In this document: positions 18,422-26,624 of the stretch, in pieces
Layout of the letters: each line of letters begins with the position of its first letter
How positions within the stretch are numbered: the first letter of the stretch is position 1
IMG/VR virus record: IMGVR_UViG_3300032328_000581
Span: 34,887-98,886 of that record
Origin: a virus
Taxonomy: Duplodnaviria > Caudoviricetes
Length of the DNA stretch: 64,000 nucleotides
Strand: one strand, 5' to 3'
Translations under genes and position numbers: made by a program
The notes under the pieces: generated by a model
The model's database searches: none
Seen by the model: the letters and a program-made list of their open reading frames with translations, nothing else
What the model was told of the DNA's origin: nothing

Positions 18422-21357
18422 TAGTATGTCCTAATCTCATTCTCTTCAATAGACCTTTTAAGTTTTCTACTAAATTCTTTAAAGAGTCTTTCCGCGTCGG
18501 CTGAGCTAGCGCTAGCAATACTTACGTTCATGTTTACGGTTATTTCTCCCCTATGAGAGGGTTCTCTTGTAGAGGATCCAGAGGACATCATCCCACCAGA
18601 AGAGTATGACTCTTGACCACCACCTATGCCCGCAGATTCTTTTGCACGCTTAGCGTCATCCATATACCTAAGGAATGTGCCGTCATTATAAGTAGACCAT
18701 TGTTTCCACCAGCTACCCTTATTGGACACTTCATATGCTGCTCTAATGTTTGTGTCGGTGTTAAATAGGGCCTCATTGTTTTTAATTCCAAATTGTTTGC
18801 GACGATTACGCCCCATATTTGGGCTTGAAGGGTCGTTATCTTTCATATTAATTTGGAATAGTCCGTAAGAAAGGTCTCGCCGTTTGTTATTGAATGCTCG
18901 TGGATTACCTCGGGACTCGGCAAGGGATACTGCAAAGGCTGTTTCTAAAGACTTGCCAGAAAACCCAGCACGGCGAAGCATGCGAATATAAGCAGCCCTG
19001 CTTCCACCGGGTATTTGAGAAGAAACTGCATCATCGGCGCTATTTAAAGTTCCAGTAATTCCTTCTGAAATTGAAACGCTTCTTCGTGAGTACCCAGAGG
19101 TAAACTTATCAAGATCTTCAGATCCAATTTCTCTACCAGCACCAATTGCTCCGGACAATAAAGAAGATAAAGATGCACTATTTAAATCTGATAAACCTCG
19201 GCTATTTAGGTCAGATAATCCCCTACCAATTTCACCACTTTGAGAATTAGAAAAAGCATCTTGTCTACCAAATAGACCGCCGCTTACTCTAGAGAATACG
19301 TTTTTAGCCATGTTTAAGCCTGCTCTAAAAGCTTTAGTTACAAAGTTAGCGGCTTTTCCAAATAATCCCTTAGGATCAATGCGGCCCTGTGCACCGCGGC
19401 CACCATTATCTCTAACTTCAAAGTGAAGGTGTGGTCCGGTAGATGCTCCCGCTCCAGGGGCGCCTTTACGACCACCCGATTTAGCAATTACTTGTCCATT
19501 TTTAACTACTTGACCGACTCGAACCAGAGCACGATTTAAGTGTGCGTACAAAGTAGATTTAGTTCCATGCTTTATAATTACGTAGTTTCCGTAACCCCCG
19601 CCACTGCCAACTTCAGTAACAATACCGTCAGCAGCGGCTGTAATGTTTGTATTTTCGGCAACACCAAAGTCTGTACCTCGGTGGTTAGAACTAATGCCGT
19701 TTCCACCTTTACGGCGCCCAAAGTGAGAAGTTACCGGAGTTCCTTGAGGTACCGGTAAAGAGAATGTTCCAACAGATCCCTTGCCAGGCATATTGTTGTC
19801 GCCACCAATGCCATGATCATCATCTGGACCGCCTATGGAGCCAATTGCACGTCCACCGAGGTATCCACCACCACTTATAAGTGCTCCCAGTATTGCGCCA
19901 GGAATTGCTCCAACGCCGCCAGCAAACGCACCTGCAGCACCGCCAGCCAAAGCTCCCGTACCAGCAGCACTTAATAGGCCGCCTAGTATTCCTTTATCAG
20001 ACTTCTGATCTCCGTACCCACTCATGCTACTTAGTAGAAGTCCTAGACCAGGTATTAATTTTCCAGCACCCTTACCTAAACCACCTCTTAAACCTGACAT
20101 AAGACTACCTGCGCCACGCAATCCTCCGGCAAGGAGTGGGGAAGCGGCTTTAGCTCCAGCACCGAATCTTCCTACACCCATTATTCGACCCATAATAGCT
20201 GCGTTAACCGCAGTATTAGCTATGCCCATACCAACGCTTCCAGCAGTAGCTAAGGTACCGCCCATATTTCCAGCGTTAGGAAAAGTTTGTAGTATGCCTT
20301 TAAGGCCCATAAGGCCGCCAGTTACCGGCCCTATTGCAGAAGCCAGATCTGCAAATCCTTCATTAAGTTTTGCAACAACGTTTAGGGATGCATTATATCC
20401 GCCTACAAGTCCGCTCTCGGTTGATTGTAGGGCCGAGCTTTGCCCTTCTTGAAACCTAAAGTTTGATCTTAATGGGCTACCCGACTCTACACCCATAGTA
20501 GTTAATGCAGACTGTGCGCTTCCTAAATCTTTTTTTGTAAGGCCCTTACCTTTCCTAGCTCGAGCTAAAATTGCAGAAGCAATCTGTCCAAATAAACCGG
20601 GGTCTCCACCGCAAATTAACATAAGAGTCGAGTAACCTTTAGAATTTGGATTAAAGAGTAAAAATGCCTGTTGCTCGGTAACTTCACGACCACCATATAA
20701 CATGTTGTAAACTAAGTTAATAATTGTATTCATAGGCTTTAAGTTGCCTTGAGCATCTCTGATATTTACGCCTAACCGTAAAAATAAGGCGCCGTTCATT
20801 TGGGAAAGGCTAGCTGCAGACTGCTCGTTAGTTTGTCCGGAAAGAGCGCTCATTCCACCAAGCTGAGACATGATGTTCATGGAGCTTTTAGAATTAGCGG
20901 AGTAACCTCCTTGATACGCTATGTTTGCCGCAGCTGCTGTGGGGCCGCCAGCACTTGTTGCGCCATTAACTAGACGATTAGATTGCGCAATTAACTCTCG
21001 AGACTTCATGCCGCTTAAGCCCGCAACAGAATCGGCATACATTCTTTGTGCAACAGCTGACATGGTATTTGGAGCCATGCTCATAAAGGTTCCGCCAGCT
21101 ATTGCCGCGCCGCCCAGTATTTTTTCATTACGGGTGAAACTGCCCAGGACGGTTCCTAGACCTAATTTACTACGTCCGGGCGACCCCCCAGATACGGCTT
21201 CGCCATAGGCTTCGCCATTTTCTTTCATTTTGGCGGTCTCAGCAGTCATCTGCTTAAGTACTTTGTAGGCTTTTACGAACTCTTTTTCAAACGTAGTTCC
21301 AATGCCTTCTACCTCATCGTCGGTAGCAAACAAGTTCTGACTGTTAATTTTAATCAC
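18421..21357 (-). CDS. Tape measure protein with M23 peptidase and lytic transglycosylase domains
   Basis: Ala/Gly-rich helical N-half; HRGTDFG...YAHL...STGPHLHFEVR (M23); AESRGNPRAFN...SYGLFQIN (SLT-like). Confidence 0.88.
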   Translation of the reverse strand: MIKINSQNLFATDDEVEGIGTTFEKEFVKAYKVLKQMTAETAKMKENGEAYGEAVSGGSPGRSKLGLGTVLGSFTRNEKILGGAAIAGGTFMSMAPNTMSAVAQRMYADSVAGLSGMKSRELIAQSNRLVNGATSAGGPTAAAANIAYQGGYSANSKSSMNIMSQLGGMSALSGQTNEQSAASLSQMNGALFLRLGVNIRDAQGNLKPMNTIINLVYNMLYGGREVTEQQAFLLFNPNSKGYSTLMLICGGDPGLFGQIASAILARARKGKGLTKKDLGSAQSALTTMGVESGSPLRSNFRFQEGQSSALQSTESGLVGGYNASLNVVAKLNEGFADLASAIGPVTGGLMGLKGILQTFPNAGNMGGTLATAGSVGMGIANTAVNAAIMGRIMGVGRFGAGAKAASPLLAGGLRGAGSLMSGLRGGLGKGAGKLIPGLGLLLSSMSGYGDQKSDKGILGGLLSAAGTGALAGGAAGAFAGGVGAIPGAILGALISGGGYLGGRAIGSIGGPDDDHGIGGDNNMPGKGSVGTFSLPVPQGTPVTSHFGRRKGGNGISSNHRGTDFGVAENTNITAAADGIVTEVGSGGGYGNYVIIKHGTKSTLYAHLNRALVRVGQVVKNGQVIAKSGGRKGAPGAGASTGPHLHFEVRDNGGRGAQGRIDPKGLFGKAANFVTKAFRAGLNMAKNVFSRVSGGLFGRQDAFSNSQSGEIGRGLSDLNSRGLSDLNSASLSSLLSGAIGAGREIGSEDLDKFTSGYSRRSVSISEGITGTLNSADDAVSSQIPGGSRAAYIRMLRRAGFSGKSLETAFAVSLAESRGNPRAFNNKRRDLSYGLFQINMKDNDPSSPNMGRNRRKQFGIKNNEALFNTDTNIRAAYEVSNKGSWWKQWSTYNDGTFLRYMDDAKRAKESAGIGGGQESYSSGGMMSSGSSTREPSHRGEITVNMNVSIASASSADAERLFKEFSRKLKRSIEENEIRTY

Positions 21358-21360
21358 CGC

Positions 21361-21498
21361 CTATCTAATTCGTAGTATCCACATGGTTCTCTCTCTAAAT
21401 GAGAGGTGCTTTATGTCGTCTAGAGTCCATCCCGGGTAGTTCTTGCTAAGAATGTCATAGGATTCTATGAGTAGTTCGTAGCTTAACTCACTCTTGAA
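21361..21498 (-). CDS. Frameshift-accessed C-terminal extension of tail assembly chaperone
   Basis: +1 frame FKSELSYELLIESYDILSKNYPGWTLDDIKHLSFRERTMWILRIR has no usable start codon and fills the gap before the tape measure gene. Confidence 0.7.
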   Translation of the reverse strand, partial: FKSELSYELLIESYDILSKNYPGWTLDDIKHLSFRERTMWILRIR

Positions 21499-22315
21499 AT
21501 AGTTCCGCTAAAGTTAGCGGAAGTGGTACCTCCGAACCACAAGACTGACAAGCTTTCTTAATTGCACCGAGTTGTGGACCAGGATTGCGGTCTGTTATTG
21601 CTTTGAGTATATCTCTTCGATCTTTAATGCTTAAATCTTTAACTATCTGCGGGTTTGTTATTGGCAAACCATTAATACTTACTATACAGCCCTGCAGTAG
21701 AAGGCTGTCTAGTTCTGCAGAGTTTTTACTTGAAGCGTTTACAAGTGTCTTTTGTACGGCTCCACTAGGTAGTGTTGCCTCAACAATACCCACTTTACAC
21801 TTTATGCTAAAAACTCGGTCTTTTTCGTCAAGAGTCTTAATCTTAACGTCATCGGTTAGGTGAATCGTAACTGTTTGTTCTTCTTGGCAGGTCGGGCATA
21901 AACCCGGGCCAACAGTTACTTCTTCCCCAAAAGTGATCTTTCTAATAGCTAGAAGAAGCATTTCACGGTCTCCAGCTAGAAGCTGGTCTAGTGTTTCTTT
22001 TGTAGCTTCTTCATCGCCTATTTTTATTACTGCTCTTTCCAAGATTGTGAGTAGTGACTTGCCTGGATCTAAAATCTTAGCAATTACTTCCTCATCAGCC
22101 CCGGTTAGTTCTCTAACAACTGCGGTTGAAATTGACCCCTCAAATGGATCATAAAGACCACCAGGTAGGGTAACTTCTCCGTCTGGAGGCAACGCAACTG
22201 GAGCTTTTTCCAGCTGCGCTGCCTCAGCAGAGTTAAGAGCATTTTCTACGAGTTTGTTAGCTGCAGCCGGATTATCCGTTGCAACTACGATTGTTTCATT
22301 TGCCATGTTATGCAC
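21488..22315 (-). CDS. Tail assembly chaperone / T4 gp26-like hub assembly protein
   Basis: VRELTGADEE, GDREMLLLAIRKITFG, CPTC and CQSC; between tube and tape measure genes. Confidence 0.8.
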   Translation of the reverse strand: MHNMANETIVVATDNPAAANKLVENALNSAEAAQLEKAPVALPPDGEVTLPGGLYDPFEGSISTAVVRELTGADEEVIAKILDPGKSLLTILERAVIKIGDEEATKETLDQLLAGDREMLLLAIRKITFGEEVTVGPGLCPTCQEEQTVTIHLTDDVKIKTLDEKDRVFSIKCKVGIVEATLPSGAVQKTLVNASSKNSAELDSLLLQGCIVSINGLPITNPQIVKDLSIKDRRDILKAITDRNPGPQLGAIKKACQSCGSEVPLPLTLAELFQE

Positions 22316-22330
22316 CTATTTCTTTTTTAA

Positions 22331-22960
22331 TTATGCGCTAAATGTACCGGCTGTTGCGGCAAAGCCGTCTGCAAGTATAACATCAAAGCCTTCGTGAACG
22401 ATCGTCATTTCTTCAACCATTAGAGTGCTTTGACCTGCATCAAGACTGCTGTAGCCAAGGTTAGCAATCCACGCGTTGTAAACTCTAAAACGCATAGATG
22501 TATGTTGTCCAGCATCAGTTAGTGCAGCTTTTCCACTAGCTCCGCCACCAGCAACATCGAATCCTGCTGGGTTTGGGTGGCTTAGTACTGCAATGTCTAG
22601 GGTGCAACGAAAATCTGCTCCAACTCCGGCTGTTGCGCGAGGAGTCATAAGGGCAAATAGACGCTTCATCCACTTCTGGTTTTGATTCTGTCCAAGCATT
22701 ACGCCGTGTGACAGAGTAATTGGTGTGAAAGAAGACTGACCAGGAATCTGGTGCACGTTTGTGTTGTATCCGCCTTCACGGTATGCAATAGGTTCTGTTG
22801 AAACACTAAGACCGGAAACAGATACAAAACCCATCTTATTCCAAGCAGCTGTGTCCCACTTCGAATCATCAGTATTTGGCGTAAAAGTTACTAAAAACTT
22901 AAACGTACGTACTGGATCAGTAGTTAACTGTCTCTTGATATTATCGACTGAAAGTGCCAT
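22331..22960 (-). CDS. Tail tube protein (T4 gp19-like)
   Basis: DPVRTFKFLV, GFVSVSGL, YREGG, PGQSSFTPITLSHG, EEMTIVHEG. Confidence 0.92.
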   Translation of the reverse strand: MALSVDNIKRQLTTDPVRTFKFLVTFTPNTDDSKWDTAAWNKMGFVSVSGLSVSTEPIAYREGGYNTNVHQIPGQSSFTPITLSHGVMLGQNQNQKWMKRLFALMTPRATAGVGADFRCTLDIAVLSHPNPAGFDVAGGGASGKAALTDAGQHTSMRFRVYNAWIANLGYSSLDAGQSTLMVEEMTIVHEGFDVILADGFAATAGTFSA

Positions 22961-22974
22961 GTTTGTTTATCTCC

Positions 22975-24552
22975 TTAGGCCGTAGCGTTGCTAGTAATTT
23001 GACCCAGTTTGATAACAACAAACTCAGCTGGGTATTCTAAAGCGACTCCAACTTCAATATTTACACGGCCATTCATAATGTCCGCTTCGCTATTGATAGT
23101 CTCATCACATCGTACAAAGAAGGCATCAGCAGTAGTTGCTCCACGCAAACCACCTTGTTGCCAGTATGATCCTAAGAAGTTTGAGATAGTGACGTTTAGT
23201 CGCAACCACAATCTAGCATCATTGTTTTCAAAAATCGCAAATGATGTTAGGTCTGTAAGCTCTTTCTTAAGGTAGCTTAAAGATCTACGAACATTTATGT
23301 AACGATTTCCTGGGGTGTTATTTAGAGTTCTACCACCCATAATTACAATTCCAGCCCCAGGTACTGCTCGAATTGCGTTTACTGGATTAGCAGATGTATT
23401 AATTGCATCAAGTTCTGCGTTTGTAAATTGTCGTTCTGTAGTAACAGCTAGAGCAATTTGATTTCCTAGTCCTGCAGGTGTCTTAAACACTCCGCGAGAA
23501 GCGTCTGTTGCTAGGTACTGACCTACAACTGCTGCGCCAGGTGCCTGAAGACGTGTAGCTCCAGGTGTAGAACGCAAAGCATTTGGAATCAAAACCCAAG
23601 GATAGTAAAATGCTGCGCATCCGCCTGCTGAGCTTGCAGCAAAAGCAGTAGACACATCATCAACAAATGTCTGAGCTTCAGCTACTGTAAGTCCTGCTGG
23701 AGTATCTAGAACAGCAAATGAGTCTCCGCGTCCTTCGCAATAAGAAACTAAGTCAGCTGACATGTTGATTGCAAGAGTTCGTTCTGTAGATGTAAGAGAG
23801 GTTGTGTAGGTGTACGCAATAGCTGGGACGTTAATTACTAGTGGGTTTTGGATTGGGTCCAAAGTTGCCAGTGCAGTTGAGATATTGGTACGTGTTGGGG
23901 CAGATCCGTCTGCTCCAGCAGTTGTTGATCCAAGCGCATATAGGGTAGCTCCAATAGTAGGAATATCGTCTGGCGCTGTAGATGCAGAGTTAAGATCAGA
24001 TACTGAAATAACTGAAGAGCTTGGGTTAATAACAGATACAAAGTAACGTGGATCTGTGGTGCTCATGCTTAGATCTGTAAATTGCTCAATTAGGTTAGAG
24101 GTTGCATTGCCCGCGATTGTAGGTGGGCCATACACTGCAAGACCAAAACGAGTTGGAGTTCCTGCGGCTCGAACCTGAACTGCAAGGCTGTTTCCCCAAA
24201 CTCCTGGGTTATTTGCAGATACTAGAATTGTGTTTAGCTGGGCTTGAGACTTGTCAGTAAGAGTAACTGATGCGGCTGCTGCGCCAGCTCCAGTAACTCG
24301 CTTAATATACAGCTGGCGTCCGCCATTTGCAAAAAAGTTAAAGGCTGCCCAAGTTGTTGGGTAGGCGTCATCCAATGCACCAAAAGTTTTTACAAACTGT
24401 GTCCAAGAACTAAGAAGGACTGGAACAGCTGTTGGGCCTTTTGCAAGAGCACCAACAAAAACTCCAATAGCGTTGCCACTTTCAGCAAGCTCTATGGTTT
24501 GTGGAAGTTCCACTTCTTGAATAAATACGCCCGGTCTATTAAATGTAGACAT
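22975..24552 (-). CDS. Contractile tail sheath protein
   Basis: RPGVFIQE, FFANGG, YYPWV, RGVFKTPAG, YINVRR, FENND, PAEFVVI. Confidence 0.95.
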   Translation of the reverse strand: MSTFNRPGVFIQEVELPQTIELAESGNAIGVFVGALAKGPTAVPVLLSSWTQFVKTFGALDDAYPTTWAAFNFFANGGRQLYIKRVTGAGAAAASVTLTDKSQAQLNTILVSANNPGVWGNSLAVQVRAAGTPTRFGLAVYGPPTIAGNATSNLIEQFTDLSMSTTDPRYFVSVINPSSSVISVSDLNSASTAPDDIPTIGATLYALGSTTAGADGSAPTRTNISTALATLDPIQNPLVINVPAIAYTYTTSLTSTERTLAINMSADLVSYCEGRGDSFAVLDTPAGLTVAEAQTFVDDVSTAFAASSAGGCAAFYYPWVLIPNALRSTPGATRLQAPGAAVVGQYLATDASRGVFKTPAGLGNQIALAVTTERQFTNAELDAINTSANPVNAIRAVPGAGIVIMGGRTLNNTPGNRYINVRRSLSYLKKELTDLTSFAIFENNDARLWLRLNVTISNFLGSYWQQGGLRGATTADAFFVRCDETINSEADIMNGRVNIEVGVALEYPAEFVVIKLGQITSNATA

Positions 24553-24600
24553 TCGGTTTTCTCCTTAATAGGTTAGTTGTTTTCATAGGGGGTCCGATTA

Positions 24601-25230
24601 TTATGCGGGTTGTGCTTGTTGTAGTTGTAACAGTTCATATATTGATACATTTGATTGATCAGTGCCACGGATACTAATATTTCTACGAGTAACCGGAACG
24701 CCTGTTCTTTCAAAACCAGTTCTAAATAGTTCAGAACTAATTCTAATTGAGTAGACATTCATAAAGAGTCGTTTTTCAGACTCAGTGCTGTCTCTCTTGG
24801 AAAAACCCAACATATCCAGTCGACGCCAAGTGTTGTCTTCTGGTACGTAGATAGATCCAAATCTAACTGGCAAGCGACCTATAGCAAATAGTCCACCTAA
24901 AATTTGTCGGTCATGCCGAGGTTGCCTAGAAAAAGTTGATATTTGATAATCAAGGTTTATAGGCATTGGGTAGAACGTGTCTCGACTAGAGTTTCCGTCC
25001 CAACCTTCTGGTTGGTAGGGGACGGTAACTATTCCAGACTGTACTCGTTCGGTTGCTTCTGAAATGTTAATTAGGTCAATAGTCATATAAGGATACGCCT
25101 GTTGACGGATTTCTTTGTCCGGTTGGCCGTAGAAAACTCCTACAGGTCGTGCTTGGTTTCCCGCGTCTGAAACGGTAAGGCCAGACAAAAGGCTCTTAAG
25201 AGCCTTCTCTTCATTTAAAATAAATGGCAT
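24601..25230 (-). CDS. Tail terminator/completion protein
   Basis: Directly upstream of sheath; YPYMTIDL...PINLDYQI pattern. Confidence 0.6.
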   Translation of the reverse strand: MPFILNEEKALKSLLSGLTVSDAGNQARPVGVFYGQPDKEIRQQAYPYMTIDLINISEATERVQSGIVTVPYQPEGWDGNSSRDTFYPMPINLDYQISTFSRQPRHDRQILGGLFAIGRLPVRFGSIYVPEDNTWRRLDMLGFSKRDSTESEKRLFMNVYSIRISSELFRTGFERTGVPVTRRNISIRGTDQSNVSIYELLQLQQAQPA

Positions 25231-25508
25231 TAATTTACCCCAATCTTAGTAAAGTAATTTCGCATTACTGGGGATGGGGGCGTATCTTCGTCGCCATACT
25301 CAAAAGCTAGGATCTTATTCTCAAGCTCTTTAGGGTAGGAGACTTTTAGGCTGCCATTAGGGTTAGGGCGAACCTCGAGTTTTGTAGCTAGGTTTTCTGG
25401 CCACCCAGCAAGAAGCGCCTCATATTGTAGTGTGAGGGTGTGTTTATCTGCAGACGCTGATAATTCCTTGTAAAGTTTGATCTTTAATTGTTTAGTTATA
25501 CTAGCCAT
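25230..25508 (-). CDS. Hypothetical virion morphogenesis protein
   Basis: 92 aa, FEYG..DTPPSPVMR C-terminus; TAATG coupling. Confidence 0.55.
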   Translation of the reverse strand: MASITKQLKIKLYKELSASADKHTLTLQYEALLAGWPENLATKLEVRPNPNGSLKVSYPKELENKILAFEYGDEDTPPSPVMRNYFTKIGVN

Positions 25509-25662
25509 TTTTACGAAGAGCTTTCGAGAGTAAATACCCAGCTATAAATCCCGCTGCAGCTTTACGTTCGCCGCCTGTATTAAGGCCGACAATTCCTCGA
25601 ACAAATTCTTCTTTATCAGCTTCCGTTTCAGCACGGTTTAGCCGATTGACTAAAAAGATCAT
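25501..25662 (-). CDS. Small hypothetical protein (53 aa, not in ORF track)
   Basis: GGAGGA RBS; MIFLVNRLNRAETEADKEEFVRGIVGLNTGGERKAAAGFIAGYLLSKALRKNG. Confidence 0.65.
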   Translation of the reverse strand: MIFLVNRLNRAETEADKEEFVRGIVGLNTGGERKAAAGFIAGYLLSKALRKNG

Positions 25663-25725
25663 AGTTCCTCCATATGAGGTGCAAGGTATAGCAGCAGGGT
25701 TCCCAGTTGCCTGGGCGTCGCTCTA

Positions 25726-25760
25726 AGGATAAGGCAAAGACGTTTAAAAGAAGCCCTAAG
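25726..25760 (-). promoter_or_regulatory. Candidate late promoter CTTAGG-N23-TATCCT
   Basis: Same spacing as five other intergenic sites upstream of structural genes. Confidence 0.5.
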
Positions 25761-25765
25761 TGAGA

Positions 25766-26032
25766 CTATTTTTCTTTAGGCCTAAACTGTTTACGTATTC
25801 TTGGGCGTATTACTTTCTTACCCAAAGCCTTATATTTGTTACTACTCAGGCGCTTAGTTATAGCTCCCGTGGATCCTGGGGATAGGGTTCTAGCTTGCCC
25901 ACCCTTCCACTTTCCTGATGACTTTTTTGACCAAGATTCGGCAGACTTAAACCCGGCTTTTACTGTTTTAGCTGAGGTGGCTTTTGCAGGACCTATAGCT
26001 TTAGGTGTTTTAGGGTTTACGTTACTAGGCAT
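25766..26032 (-). CDS. Small highly basic protein
   Basis: Start set at MPSNVNPK; K/R-rich. Confidence 0.6.
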   Translation of the reverse strand: MPSNVNPKTPKAIGPAKATSAKTVKAGFKSAESWSKKSSGKWKGGQARTLSPGSTGAITKRLSSNKYKALGKKVIRPRIRKQFRPKEK

Positions 26033-26615
26033 TTGGGGGTACCTCATTAAATGGGTCGTAAGATGCATACCTGGCAAACTGAGGGTCATTGACTAGCTCT
26101 TCAGCGTTTACCTGGTTACAGTCTAGGGAGAAAACTGTGTATTTATTATTCATAAGGCCTCTAGGAGACATTTTAGTGGGGGTAAATACTTCGTTTCTAA
26201 ATACTAGACGGTCTCTTAAAAACTCATCGGGGTTATCAACAAGGGTCTTAAAGTGAGCCGAAGTAGTGCTACTTGACCCATAGAGATCCGTGCTTCTCTC
26301 AACAATGTCCATATTAAAGGTAACTCTTAAAACGTCCACGTTATAGAAACCTCGGTCGCTTTGCATAGTCACGCCCTGGTAGATTACGGCATTGATGCAT
26401 GGGATTAGAAGAGGGCCATGCCAACGACGGCCGCCAGTACTTGGGTTTGAGCTACCTACGTCGTAGATTGGGTCAACCACAGTGCTAGGCTCATCATAGG
26501 TCCACCACTCAATGTCGTTTCCAACAGTGCGAACTATCTCTTTGGTAATACCAGAGATTATAGACTTACGTTCATTAGGGACATCAAAGCGTCCTTGACG
26601 CTGTTCTCCGCGCAT
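26025..26615 (-). CDS. Head closure/neck protein (putative)
   Basis: DPIYD motif and beta-rich C-terminus; position before tail completion genes. Confidence 0.5.
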   Translation of the reverse strand: MRGEQRQGRFDVPNERKSIISGITKEIVRTVGNDIEWWTYDEPSTVVDPIYDVGSSNPSTGGRRWHGPLLIPCINAVIYQGVTMQSDRGFYNVDVLRVTFNMDIVERSTDLYGSSSTTSAHFKTLVDNPDEFLRDRLVFRNEVFTPTKMSPRGLMNNKYTVFSLDCNQVNAEELVNDPQFARYASYDPFNEVPPNA

Positions 26616-26624
26616 GTCTTCTCC

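Noticed and set aside
22331-24552. Extracellular contractile injection system or tailocin
   Set aside because: Capsid, portal, terminase and replication genes are present, so this is a complete phage.
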